NCBI GenBank assembly: GCA_038850285.1
Contig: JAWCMA010000006.1
Coordinates: forward strand, 18,266 to 36,906
From: Methanocellales archaeon
Lineage (GTDB): Archaea > Halobacteriota > JAWCLZ01
DNA: 18,641 nt
Direction: 5' to 3'
Both the position numbers and the translations under genes were made by a program. Below are positions 1 to 8,734 of this stretch, piece by piece. How positions within the stretch are numbered: the first letter of the stretch is position 1; every line of letters begins with the position of its first letter. The notes under the pieces were generated by a model. It worked only from the letters and a program-made list of their open reading frames with translations, ran no database searches and was not told where the DNA came from.

Positions 1-335
1 CAATTCCCAAGGTGCTTAAGAGAATGGCGGAAATCTCAAAGGAATACGATTTACCTCTAGTTAACTACGGGCACATGGGAGTGGGAATAATACACGCGGG
101 CTTTTCAATTGATTTATTAAATAAAGAACACTGGAAGAAGGTGGAGAGGGTAAGAGAAGCCATATATGAAGCGATTCTCGAAGTACAAGGCACATTAACC
201 GGGGAACATGGCACAGGCTTAACTAGAGCTCAATATATGGAGCGAGCTCACGGCAAGAGCTTTGAAATAATGAAGAAGATAAAGCGCGCGCTAGATCCAA
301 ATAACATAATGAACCCAGGCAAAATGGGGATGTGA
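1..335 (+). CDS. glcD: FAD-linked oxidase C-terminal domain (GlcD / D-lactate dehydrogenase family), 5'-truncated by the window edge
   Basis: Frame is open from position 3 (IPKVLKRM...). Motifs GHMGVGIIH, GTLTGEHGTG and terminal DPNNIMNPGK are typical of the GlcD/FAD-oxidase_C domain. Confidence 0.85.
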   Translation, partial: IPKVLKRMAEISKEYDLPLVNYGHMGVGIIHAGFSIDLLNKEHWKKVERVREAIYEAILEVQGTLTGEHGTGLTRAQYMERAHGKSFEIMKKIKRALDPNNIMNPGKMGM

Positions 336-340
336 TTACC

Positions 341-1396
341 ATGCTTCAGGAACAAATTCGCGAAATCTTAAAGTGCACTCGCTGCGGCAAATGCGTTGCA
401 ACTTGCCCAATCTTCGATGAACTCAGTTGGGAATCGACTAGCGCTAGGGGAAGAATGCTATTATCTAAAGCACTGGTTGAGAAAGTTCCCATTACCTCTA
501 GGCTATATGATGGTTTATATACCTGCACTACCTGTGGCTACTGCAGTGCAATTTGCCCAAGTGGAGCGCAGCCTGATCACGTGGTTGAGATTGCAAGGAG
601 AAGTATAGTGCTGCAAGGAATGATTGCGGATAGAATAAAAATTATGAGCGACTCAGTGCAGAAATATGGCAATCCACTGAAGGAAGCTAAACCGAGGTAT
701 ACTTGGGTTCCGAGGGAGATAGAGTTAAAGAAAAAGTCTGATCTTATTTACTTTGCAGGTTGCCTCACAAGCTATCGAAGCCAAGAGGTTGCTAGAGCTA
801 CACTTAAAATTCTAAGCAAATTTGATGCTGCAATGCTCCCTGACGAGAGATGCTGTGGATCGCCATTACTCCGCCTCGGGGAGATGCCAAGTAAGGCAAT
901 GGAAGCTAATGTTAAACAGATTAAGGAAATAGGCGCTAAGACTATTGTTACAAGCTGCGCAGGCTGCTACAAGACCTTAAAAAAAGATTATACCTTTGGG
1001 AATATAGAAATTTTACATAGTTCTGAGTTTATAGCAAATCATATTCAAGAATTAGATTTATCCAAGTTAAACTTAAGAGTCACATATCACGATCCCTGCC
1101 ATCTAGGCAGGCATAATAAGGTTTATGATGCACCTAGAAAAGTGATAAAACAAATTTGCGAGTTTGTGGAGATGAGGAGAATAAGGGATAAAGCGCGATG
1201 CTGCGGCGGTGGAGGAGGTGTGAGATCTGGGTACCCAGAATTATCACTAGCAATTGCAAAAAAGCGCTTTGAAGATGTTCCTGATAAAATCGACTACGTT
1301 GTTTCAACTTGTCCTCTCTGCGAAAGAAACTTAAGCGATGTGGGGCTGAAAGTTCTGGATCTAACACAGCTTGTGGAAATGGCAATGGGTAAATAA
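341..1396 (+). CDS. glcF: (Fe-S)-binding oxidoreductase, GlcF/HdrD-like (2x[4Fe-4S] plus two CCG domains)
   Basis: CTRCGKCVATCP and CTTCGYCSAICP ferredoxin motifs; YFAGC, RCCG, SCAGC, YHDPCH, RCCGGGGG and TCPLC CCG motifs. ATG 341 follows SD-like GGGGATGTGA; an alternative GTG at 332 overlaps the glcD stop. Confidence 0.85.
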   Translation: MLQEQIREILKCTRCGKCVATCPIFDELSWESTSARGRMLLSKALVEKVPITSRLYDGLYTCTTCGYCSAICPSGAQPDHVVEIARRSIVLQGMIADRIKIMSDSVQKYGNPLKEAKPRYTWVPREIELKKKSDLIYFAGCLTSYRSQEVARATLKILSKFDAAMLPDERCCGSPLLRLGEMPSKAMEANVKQIKEIGAKTIVTSCAGCYKTLKKDYTFGNIEILHSSEFIANHIQELDLSKLNLRVTYHDPCHLGRHNKVYDAPRKVIKQICEFVEMRRIRDKARCCGGGGGVRSGYPELSLAIAKKRFEDVPDKIDYVVSTCPLCERNLSDVGLKVLDLTQLVEMAMGK

Positions 1397-1579
1397 AGAA
1401 GCTATGGAGTATTTGAGATTTGAGCGCATTGTTGAATGTGGAGATGGCCTAGATGGGTATTCTTGAATTTGGGAATAAAGAGATACCAATAATTGGCTGC
1501 ATTGACCTTGGACTTACAGTTGATCAAATTGAGAAATGCTTAGAAGCCAGTTGAGTTTTTGAAAATTGTGAAAAAGGAA

Positions 1580-1595
1580 AATAGATTTAATATCT
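1580..1595 (+). promoter_or_regulatory. Putative archaeal BRE/TATA promoter for the 1635 gene
   Basis: A-rich stretch followed by TTTAATA about 45 nt upstream of ATG 1635. Confidence 0.35.
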
Positions 1596-1634
1596 TAGGT
1601 TGCTCAAAAAGGTGTTAAAACCAGATCGCGTACC

Positions 1635-4391
1635 ATGGAAGAGAGTGTTAAGGAGCAATTAATTTCTATATTTGGCGAGCGAGTTGCATTTCACGATATT
1701 GAGCGCGTGCTTTATTCTCGCGATGTTGGAACTATCCCGGGAATTGTATTTAAAGGTATGAAAACCAAGCCAGATGCTATTGTTCAACCTGAGTCAGTGC
1801 AAGAATTGATGCAACTATTGAAAATTTGTGCGAATAATAAAATACCTCTTACGCCCAGGGGTGCTGGTACCTCTGCATATGGGGGAGCTATACCAGCAGC
1901 TAAGGGAATTGCCGTGGACTTCTGTCGAATGAATAAAATAATTGAAGTTAATGCTGAAAAGGAATTTGTCCGCGTCGAGCCAGGTATTATATGGAGCCGG
2001 CTTGAGTTGGAGTTGAATGAGCAAGGTCTGACTTTGAGGTCATATCCCTCATCTGCCCCTAGCAGCACCGTTGGAGGTTGGATTGCAAATGGAGGTGGTA
2101 TTGGAATTGGAAGTTTTAAATATGGTATCTTGAAAGATAATCTAATTGAAGTCACTGTTCTAACGCAAGATGGAATTAAAAAGCTTTCAGGGAATGATTT
2201 AGACTTGGTCTTTGGAATGGCTGGAACAACGGGATTAATAACGGAAGTAACCCTTGCGGTAAGAAAGCAGGAAGAGGAGCATATAGTCTCAGCAGCATTT
2301 TCAAGCTCAAAAGAACTTCAGCAGGTTTTAATGGAAATAAGCAAGAAAAATTTGGATATATGGCACATTGAATTTAGAGATCCAAGGGATGTTAATTTAA
2401 CCAGCGAAGCAATTAAAAATATGAAATCTTATCTTTCGATTTTCTCCAAAAAAGAGCCTTTAGAAGTGGAATTCCCCGAGAATAGATTTATTGCAACATT
2501 TATCTCCCTTAAAAATACTTTAGAACTTAAAGAGATTATAAAGGTAAATAATGGAGAATTATTGAGCGAAGAAATAGCTAAAAAGGAATGGATTGAGAGA
2601 TTTCATTCCATGCGATTTAAAATACTTGGTCCTTCGCTGATTGTCTCGGAATTCTTAATTCCTATCGAGAATCTATCTAATTTGAGTGAGAAAATAAATC
2701 GATTGAGCAATAAAATTGCATTGAAAGGTATTGTATCAAAAGAAGGGAAAGCGCTTATCATAGCAGGTTTACCTGCAAATGAACAAGCACTTGGATTTGC
2801 CATTGCAAGCTCCCTCTCTATATCGCTACTCGATATAGCTAGGAAATTAAATGGCAGCCCGTACTCCATTGGAATGTATCTCATTGATTATTCAAAGCAA
2901 TACCTTGGGCCCAAAATTTCAAAGATATATAAATTCAAGGAAGAAGTAGATCGAGAGGGAATATTAAATCCCGGCAAAATATTCCCTGATGCGAGGTCAA
3001 AGTGGCTAAGTCTTTTTATAAAACTAGCAAGATTTATACCGCCAGAAATTGCAATTCACTTTGCAACCAGCAATCCTAAATCTAAGTCAAATTTTGATCA
3101 ATTTGAGCGAGATTTAATCTGGAGTGCATTTGCCTGTACAAACTGCGGCTACTGCCGCAATGTATGCAGTGAATTTAATGCAATACACTGGGAGAGTTCT
3201 ACTCCAAGGGGGAAGCTTAATTTTCTAAGAGAGTATTTTAATGGCAAGCTGAATCTAGATGAAAGAATTGCCGATTTATTCTTCGTTTGTACAACTTGCG
3301 AGCAATGCAATCAAATCTGTCAAGCCCTGCTTCCCTTAAATGAGTACTGGGATTTAGCTGCAAGGCCAGCGATCTGGAAAGAAGGGTATAATCCCTCGTT
3401 TCTATTTCAAGGCCTAGTGGAAAATATCTTGAAGTACTACAACACCGCAGGTATTCCTCCCGAGGAGAGAGCTAGATGGATGCCATTAGACGCTAGGTAT
3501 TCAAATTCAGGTGAAATTGGATATTGGGCTGGGTGCTTGTCTAGTTTTAATACTAAGAATATAGCGGAAAATGCCATTAGAATTTTAAATATGGCTGACA
3601 TAGAACCAGTTTACCTCGCTGCTGATGAATGGTGCTGTGGTGCTCCAGCCATGCTAATAGGACGCATCACAGAGATAATGAGAATTGTGGAGCACAATAT
3701 TAAAATGATGAATGAAAGGGGTATTAAAAAGATGATAGTATCCTGCCCTGGTTGCTGGTTAACTCTGGCGCATTACTATCCTATTTTTGCTAAAAAGTTA
3801 AATTTAAATTATAATGTTGAGATAGAGCACATCACTCAAACTTTTGACAGCTTGATCAAAAGGGGTAAAATAGAGCCAAAGAAAAAGATAGACTGCAAGG
3901 TAACATATCACGATCCCTGTCACATCGGGCGCGCTGGAGGTATCTTTGAACCCCCAAGAAATATACTTTTATCCATTCCAGGTTTGGAATTGGTAGAGAT
4001 GAAAAGAAATAGAGAAAATGCCGCCTGCTGCGGTCGGCATACCATTAGATTTCCAGGTATAAGCGGAATTATCACAAGGGAGCGCGTTAGAGAAGCAGAA
4101 GCCACAAAAGCATCTCTATTAGTTGGAGCTTGTCCCACCTGTGAAATAAATTTTCGATTAAGCGCTAGTGATATGCACTCGGCTCTGCGCATTATTGACA
4201 TCTCAGATTTACTCGCTTTAAGTTTAGGCTTGCAAATTCATGAATTAAGCGAGCTTGAAAAAAGAGCATTTGAAACATATGTCCAAAAGCATAAGCCAAA
4301 ACTGGAAAAGCAAAAGGAACGTGGAAAATCTCTATTTGCACCGCACGCTGAATTTTACCCAACTTTAATGAAAGGAGAAAGAAAAATATAA
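1635..4391 (+). CDS. FAD-binding and (Fe-S)-binding domain fusion protein (GlcD-like N-terminus + GlcF/HdrD-like C-terminus)
   Basis: PRGAGTSAYGG and PSSAPSSTVGGWIANGG FAD-binding motifs; GILNPGKIF at the end of the oxidase domain; CTNCGYCRNVC and CTTCEQCNQIC; WCCG, SCPGC, YHDPCH, ACCG and ACPTC CCG motifs. Confidence 0.88.
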   Translation: MEESVKEQLISIFGERVAFHDIERVLYSRDVGTIPGIVFKGMKTKPDAIVQPESVQELMQLLKICANNKIPLTPRGAGTSAYGGAIPAAKGIAVDFCRMNKIIEVNAEKEFVRVEPGIIWSRLELELNEQGLTLRSYPSSAPSSTVGGWIANGGGIGIGSFKYGILKDNLIEVTVLTQDGIKKLSGNDLDLVFGMAGTTGLITEVTLAVRKQEEEHIVSAAFSSSKELQQVLMEISKKNLDIWHIEFRDPRDVNLTSEAIKNMKSYLSIFSKKEPLEVEFPENRFIATFISLKNTLELKEIIKVNNGELLSEEIAKKEWIERFHSMRFKILGPSLIVSEFLIPIENLSNLSEKINRLSNKIALKGIVSKEGKALIIAGLPANEQALGFAIASSLSISLLDIARKLNGSPYSIGMYLIDYSKQYLGPKISKIYKFKEEVDREGILNPGKIFPDARSKWLSLFIKLARFIPPEIAIHFATSNPKSKSNFDQFERDLIWSAFACTNCGYCRNVCSEFNAIHWESSTPRGKLNFLREYFNGKLNLDERIADLFFVCTTCEQCNQICQALLPLNEYWDLAARPAIWKEGYNPSFLFQGLVENILKYYNTAGIPPEERARWMPLDARYSNSGEIGYWAGCLSSFNTKNIAENAIRILNMADIEPVYLAADEWCCGAPAMLIGRITEIMRIVEHNIKMMNERGIKKMIVSCPGCWLTLAHYYPIFAKKLNLNYNVEIEHITQTFDSLIKRGKIEPKKKIDCKVTYHDPCHIGRAGGIFEPPRNILLSIPGLELVEMKRNRENAACCGRHTIRFPGISGIITRERVREAEATKASLLVGACPTCEINFRLSASDMHSALRIIDISDLLALSLGLQIHELSELEKRAFETYVQKHKPKLEKQKERGKSLFAPHAEFYPTLMKGERKI

Positions 4392-4439
4392 GGGGAAAGA
4401 TTGAAGCAAAGAAGGGTCAATTAAAACAGGGGGAATCGT

Positions 4440-4952
4440 ATGAGTAAAAAGATACTTATGGTTATTGCCCCTAAAAATTTTAGGGATGAAGAGCTTCAGG
4501 AGCCTAGGGATATTTTTATTAAAAATGGTCTCAATGTAACAGTTGCAAGCGTTACCAGCGATTTCTGCACTGGGATGTTTGGAGCGAGAGTGAAGCCAGA
4601 TGCAACGGTTGACCAAGTTAATATCAAAGACTACGATGTTCTAGTTATAGTTGGAGGAGCGGGCTCGCCTTTGTTGAAGAATTATCCTAGAGTGATCAAG
4701 CTCATTCAAGAAGCAGCTGAGCAGAATAAATTGCTAGCTAGCATATGCTTAGGTCCAACTGTGCTCGCGAAAGCCGGCGTGCTCAAGGGTAGAAAGGCAA
4801 CGGTGTTTTCCTCAGGCGCGGGTGAAATTAAACGCAGTGGAGCTATTTATATTGCGCAGCCTGTGGTTGTAGATGGAAAGCTCATAACTGCTGATGGCCC
4901 TGAATCAGCGGCTAAGTTCGGCGAGGCAATTGTTAAAGCATTGAAAGAATAG
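4440..4952 (+). CDS. DJ-1/PfpI family protein (possible glyoxalase III/deglycase)
   Basis: N-terminal FRDEEL (conserved Glu), VGGAGS, nucleophile elbow ICLGP, LKGRKATVF, VVVDGKLITADGP. SD GGGGG upstream. Confidence 0.9.
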   Translation: MSKKILMVIAPKNFRDEELQEPRDIFIKNGLNVTVASVTSDFCTGMFGARVKPDATVDQVNIKDYDVLVIVGGAGSPLLKNYPRVIKLIQEAAEQNKLLASICLGPTVLAKAGVLKGRKATVFSSGAGEIKRSGAIYIAQPVVVDGKLITADGPESAAKFGEAIVKALKE

Positions 4953-4995
4953 AGCTGTTTCTTTTAAATTTAAACAAAAGGGAAGTATTCAAAAT

Positions 4996-5028
4996 GAGAA
5001 AACGAAGTTTCTCCTTTTCTCCTTTTTT
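4996..5028 (+). terminator. Putative terminator between convergent genes
   Basis: GAGAAA/TTTCTC hairpin (4996-5013) followed by a pyrimidine/T tract CTTTTCTCCTTTTTT. Confidence 0.4.
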
Positions 5029-5599
5029 AGCGATGCACTAATTTCATTATATCGTGCTTGGTTATAACTCCTGCAACTTTTCCCTTTTCAAGCACGAGTA
5101 CTGCGTGATTGCTCTCCAGAAGATGAGATACTATGCTTAAATCTGTGGTTGGTGCCACGGTGGGAAATGATTCCTCCATCATCTCTTTAACGCGCATGCT
5201 TGAGATTCCCTTGAAGTCTTTGAAATCCCTTGTCAAACTATAGTGAACAATGGTGCCCTCGGAAATGCTTCCTACTGGGATTCCTTTTTCAACCACTGGT
5301 AATTGAGAAAGCGCGTGCTTCGCCATGATTTCAACTGCTTTTTCAATGGTATCATTAGGTGCTACCATTATTACTGGAGAGGTCATGACATCTCTCGCGG
5401 TAATCTTTGGCTTTTTAACTTCAACGCTCTCCAGGGCGTCAAAAATTTTCTTTATAGTAGAGAGCCTAGGATCAATATCTCCAGATTCTATTCTCGCTAT
5501 TAAAGGCTGGCTTACACTAGCTAGTTTGGCAAGCTCTTTTTGAGTGAGCCCTAATTCCATTCTTCTTTTTTTTAAATCCACTGGAGTTGGAAACCTCAA
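5027..5599 (-). CDS. XRE-type HTH + tandem CBS domain transcriptional regulator
   Basis: LKKRRMELGLTQKELAKLASVSQPLIARIESGDIDPRLST HTH, then a CBS pair (ARDVMTSPV, SQLPVV, VGSIS, GVITKHDI). The likely start is TTG at 5599 after SD GGGG, rather than the ORF-track ATG at 5653. Confidence 0.9.
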   Translation of the reverse strand: MRFPTPVDLKKRRMELGLTQKELAKLASVSQPLIARIESGDIDPRLSTIKKIFDALESVEVKKPKITARDVMTSPVIMVAPNDTIEKAVEIMAKHALSQLPVVEKGIPVGSISEGTIVHYSLTRDFKDFKGISSMRVKEMMEESFPTVAPTTDLSIVSHLLESNHAVLVLEKGKVAGVITKHDIMKLVHR

Positions 5600-5712
5600 A
5601 TAAGCCCCAGTATTAATTACCGTGAGTAATAATATTAATGTTTTTCCCTGCATTTTGAGCAGCGAGAGACTAGGAAGAAATAAATGGTATTATAAATAAA
5701 ATAAAGCTGTTT

Positions 5713-7587
5713 ATGGACGTGGAAAGGATTCTGAAGAATCGATTAATAGAAAGGGAATATAAGAAGCTTGCGAGAATTCCTAATCCTGATCTTCATAGAT
5801 TTGCTGCTAAGTACATAGAACTGTGCAATCCAGATAGTGTTTATGTCTGCACTAACTCCCCTGAGGATATTGAATATATTAAGGAAACAGCTATTAAAAA
5901 AGGCGAAGAAGGCAGGCTTGCCATCCCTGGGCATACCTATCATTTCGATGGGTATCTAGACCAAGGAAGGGATAGATGGCGCACCAAGATCCTTGTGCCT
6001 GAGAATTATGACCTTGGCGAGGCAATAAGTACATTAGAAAGGGAAAAGGGATTGCGCGAGATCCATGAGATTCTTAAAGATAGCATGAAGGGCCACGAGC
6101 TATACATCTGCTTCTTCTGCCTAGGTATACCAAATTCAGATTTCTCCATACCTTGCATTCAGCTCACTGACTCGAGCTATGTGGCACATAATGAAATACT
6201 TCTCTATAGATCAGGCTATGAGGAATTCATTAGACTGCGCGCTTTTCCTGAGTTTTTCAAGTTTGTGCATACCCAAGGCGAGCTTGACGAGCGAAAGGTT
6301 AGCAAAAACCTCCATAAAAGGAGAATTTATATCGATTTGCAGGGGAACACGGTTTACAGTGCCAATACCCAATATGGGGGGAATAGCATTGGTTTGAAGA
6401 AACTTGCAATGCGCCTTGCAATCAATAAAGGGGCAAAAGAGGGATGGCTAACTGAGCACATGCTTATCGTGGGCATACACGGGCCTAGAAATAGAGTGAC
6501 TTACTTCGCCGGTGCCTTTCCCTCTTTATGCGGGAAAACTTCCACTGCCATGCTCGAGGGTGAAAAAATATTGGGAGACGATATTGCTTTTCTCAAGGTT
6601 AAGAATGGCGAAGCTAGAGCAATTAATGTTGAAAAGGGGATGTTTGGCATAATTCAAGGAATAAATTCACAAGATGATAAAATCCTTTGGAAAGCGCTTC
6701 ACACCCCGGGTGAGATCATATTTTCCAATGTACTTGTGACCGAGACTAAAGAGGTCTATTGGTTGGGTAAAGATGGCGAAGTTCCAGCTAGAGGGTATAA
6801 TCACTCAGGTGAATGGTGGATTGGCAAGAGAGACGCTAGCGGCAGGGAAATACCCCCTTCTCATCCAAATGCTCGATTTACCCTTGATCTAAAGCTATTG
6901 GAAAATGTGGATCCAAACCTAGATAACCCTGAGGGCGTTGTTATAGGAGCGATAGTTTACGGCGGTCGGGATTCCGATACTTTGGTACCGGTTGAGGAGT
7001 CTTTTAACTGGGAACATGGTATTATAACCAAAGGTGCTTCGCTTGAATCTGAAACAACCCCTGCTACTTTGGGTATTGAAGGGATAAGAGAATTCAATCC
7101 AATGTCCAATTTAGATTTCCTATCCATATCAATAGGCAGGTATATTCAAATCAATCTAGATTTTGGCAGGCGATTGAAACACAAGCCCCTGATCTTCTCA
7201 GTTAATTACTTCTTAAAGGATAAAGAAGGCAATTTCTTGAATGAAAAAAGAGATAAAAGAGTTTGGTATAAATGGATGGAGCTGCGTGTTCATAGAGAGG
7301 TTAAAGCAATTAAAACCCCAACTGGTTTAATACCGAAATATGAAGACCTCAAGCATCTCTTCAAAGAAGTGCTCAATAAAGATTATCCTCAGTTTGACTA
7401 TGAGAAGCAGTTCACCATTAGGATAAATGAAAATCTAGTTAAGATCAAGAGAATAATGGAGATATATAGAACCAAGGTGCGGGACACGCCTGAAGTGGTA
7501 TTCAAAGCCTTAGAGGAGCAGAGAAAAAGATTGATCCTTGCGAGAGAGAAATACGGTGAATATATATTGCCCAGTAAACTAGTATAG
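5713..7587 (+). CDS. pckG: Phosphoenolpyruvate carboxykinase (GTP-dependent)
   Basis: 624 aa; YGGNSIGLKK, WLTEHM, AFPSLCGKTSTAM (P-loop), GDDIA, HPNARFT, YGGRD and NPMSNLDF motifs of GTP-PEPCK. Confidence 0.95.
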   Translation: MDVERILKNRLIEREYKKLARIPNPDLHRFAAKYIELCNPDSVYVCTNSPEDIEYIKETAIKKGEEGRLAIPGHTYHFDGYLDQGRDRWRTKILVPENYDLGEAISTLEREKGLREIHEILKDSMKGHELYICFFCLGIPNSDFSIPCIQLTDSSYVAHNEILLYRSGYEEFIRLRAFPEFFKFVHTQGELDERKVSKNLHKRRIYIDLQGNTVYSANTQYGGNSIGLKKLAMRLAINKGAKEGWLTEHMLIVGIHGPRNRVTYFAGAFPSLCGKTSTAMLEGEKILGDDIAFLKVKNGEARAINVEKGMFGIIQGINSQDDKILWKALHTPGEIIFSNVLVTETKEVYWLGKDGEVPARGYNHSGEWWIGKRDASGREIPPSHPNARFTLDLKLLENVDPNLDNPEGVVIGAIVYGGRDSDTLVPVEESFNWEHGIITKGASLESETTPATLGIEGIREFNPMSNLDFLSISIGRYIQINLDFGRRLKHKPLIFSVNYFLKDKEGNFLNEKRDKRVWYKWMELRVHREVKAIKTPTGLIPKYEDLKHLFKEVLNKDYPQFDYEKQFTIRINENLVKIKRIMEIYRTKVRDTPEVVFKALEEQRKRLILAREKYGEYILPSKLV

Positions 7588-7616
7588 TTTAATAAACTAA
7601 ATAGCCATGGATAATT

Positions 7617-7958
7617 ATGCCTCGCGAGCTCGAAAAACTTTTCATGCATGAAAAACCCGCGCGCATGCTGCTTTCCATTAAGAAAAATAAATCTCCAAAT
7701 GTATCCATAGTTTCGAGGGAGACTAAATCTACATTTGCTCACACTGAAAAGGTGCTTTCAATTTTTAAGGAGTTTGGGTTAGTGAGGTTTTTACACGAGG
7801 GTAGAGTGAAGCGCATTGCTTTAACCAAATCAGGCGAGCAGATGGCTAATGCCATCGAGATTCTCCTCAACCTGCTAAGGAAATTGGAAAGAGAAAAGCG
7901 CAAGGCTAAGCAGCAGTTTAAATCAAGTGCTCGCGAGCAAAGTCAACGGCATTCTTAA
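7617..7958 (+). CDS. Small winged-helix DNA-binding protein (archaeal MarR-like)
   Basis: Basic 113-aa ORF with HTH (VSIVSRETKSTFAHTEKVL) and wing (GLVRF..EGRVKRIALTKSG). TTTAATA about 28 nt upstream suggests a leaderless mRNA. Confidence 0.75.
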   Translation: MPRELEKLFMHEKPARMLLSIKKNKSPNVSIVSRETKSTFAHTEKVLSIFKEFGLVRFLHEGRVKRIALTKSGEQMANAIEILLNLLRKLEREKRKAKQQFKSSAREQSQRHS

Positions 7959-8733
7959 AAATCCTCAAACCATCTCCTTCCTCTGGAAGAGGCAAGTTTT
8001 TTCTCTTCAGCTCTGCTTTTATCCTTGTCCACCTTGGGTGATTAGTGAAATGAATAAAAGCCTCGGGATGGGGCATTAATCCAAATATTCTTCCATTTGG
8101 ACTGCAAATTCCAGCTATATTATCAATAGAGCCATTTGGATTATAAGGGTAGCCAGCTAGCTCGAGTTTTTCATTTACATATTGCAATACCACTTGATTC
8201 TTGGCCCAGAGTTTCTTCAGCACTTTTTTACTTGCAATGAATTTGCCCTCTCCATGTCGAACTGGTAGATAGAGTACGTCGATGCCTCGGGTGAATATAC
8301 AGGGGGATTTTGGATTTACCTTCAGGTAAACCCAGCGGTCTTCAAATCTACCTGAGTCATTGAAAGTGAGCGTGGCATTTTGAGTGCGGAAATCTAAATC
8401 AAAGCCTGGGAGCACGCCTAGTTTCACTATTATTTGAAAGCCATTGCAGATATCGCCAATTAGCTTTCCAACTTTTATGAACTTAAGGAACTCCTCTCCT
8501 AGTTTATATTTAAGTTTATTGGCGAAGTATCTCCCTGCTCCTAAGTCATCGCCTCCTGAAAAGCCGCCTGGGATAAACATAATTTCATACTCCTCAAGTT
8601 TTTCCTCCCCGTATAGCAATTTGCTGAGATGCACGATCTTTGAATCAGCACCAGCGAGTTTAAGCGCGTAATTTGTTTCATTTTCACAGTTAATGCCATA
8701 TCCACTGATCACAATAGCCCTTGGCTTTCTCAA
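7918..8733 (-). CDS. purQ: Phosphoribosylformylglycinamidine synthase subunit PurQ (glutaminase)
   Basis: GYGINCE, PGGFSGGDDLGAG, ICNGFQ (catalytic Cys), NPNGS, GLMPHPE (His-Glu). TTG start with SD GAGGTGGTGA overlapping the purL end. Confidence 0.95.
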   Translation of the reverse strand: MRKPRAIVISGYGINCENETNYALKLAGADSKIVHLSKLLYGEEKLEEYEIMFIPGGFSGGDDLGAGRYFANKLKYKLGEEFLKFIKVGKLIGDICNGFQIIVKLGVLPGFDLDFRTQNATLTFNDSGRFEDRWVYLKVNPKSPCIFTRGIDVLYLPVRHGEGKFIASKKVLKKLWAKNQVVLQYVNEKLELAGYPYNPNGSIDNIAGICSPNGRIFGLMPHPEAFIHFTNHPRWTRIKAELKRKNLPLPEEGDGLRIFKNAVDFAREHLI

Positions 8734-8734
8734 A

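Noticed and set aside
1450-1452. In-frame TAG as a pyrrolysine codon upstream of the mini-ORF
   Set aside because: The upstream frame is short, closed by TGA, and has no recognisable homology.
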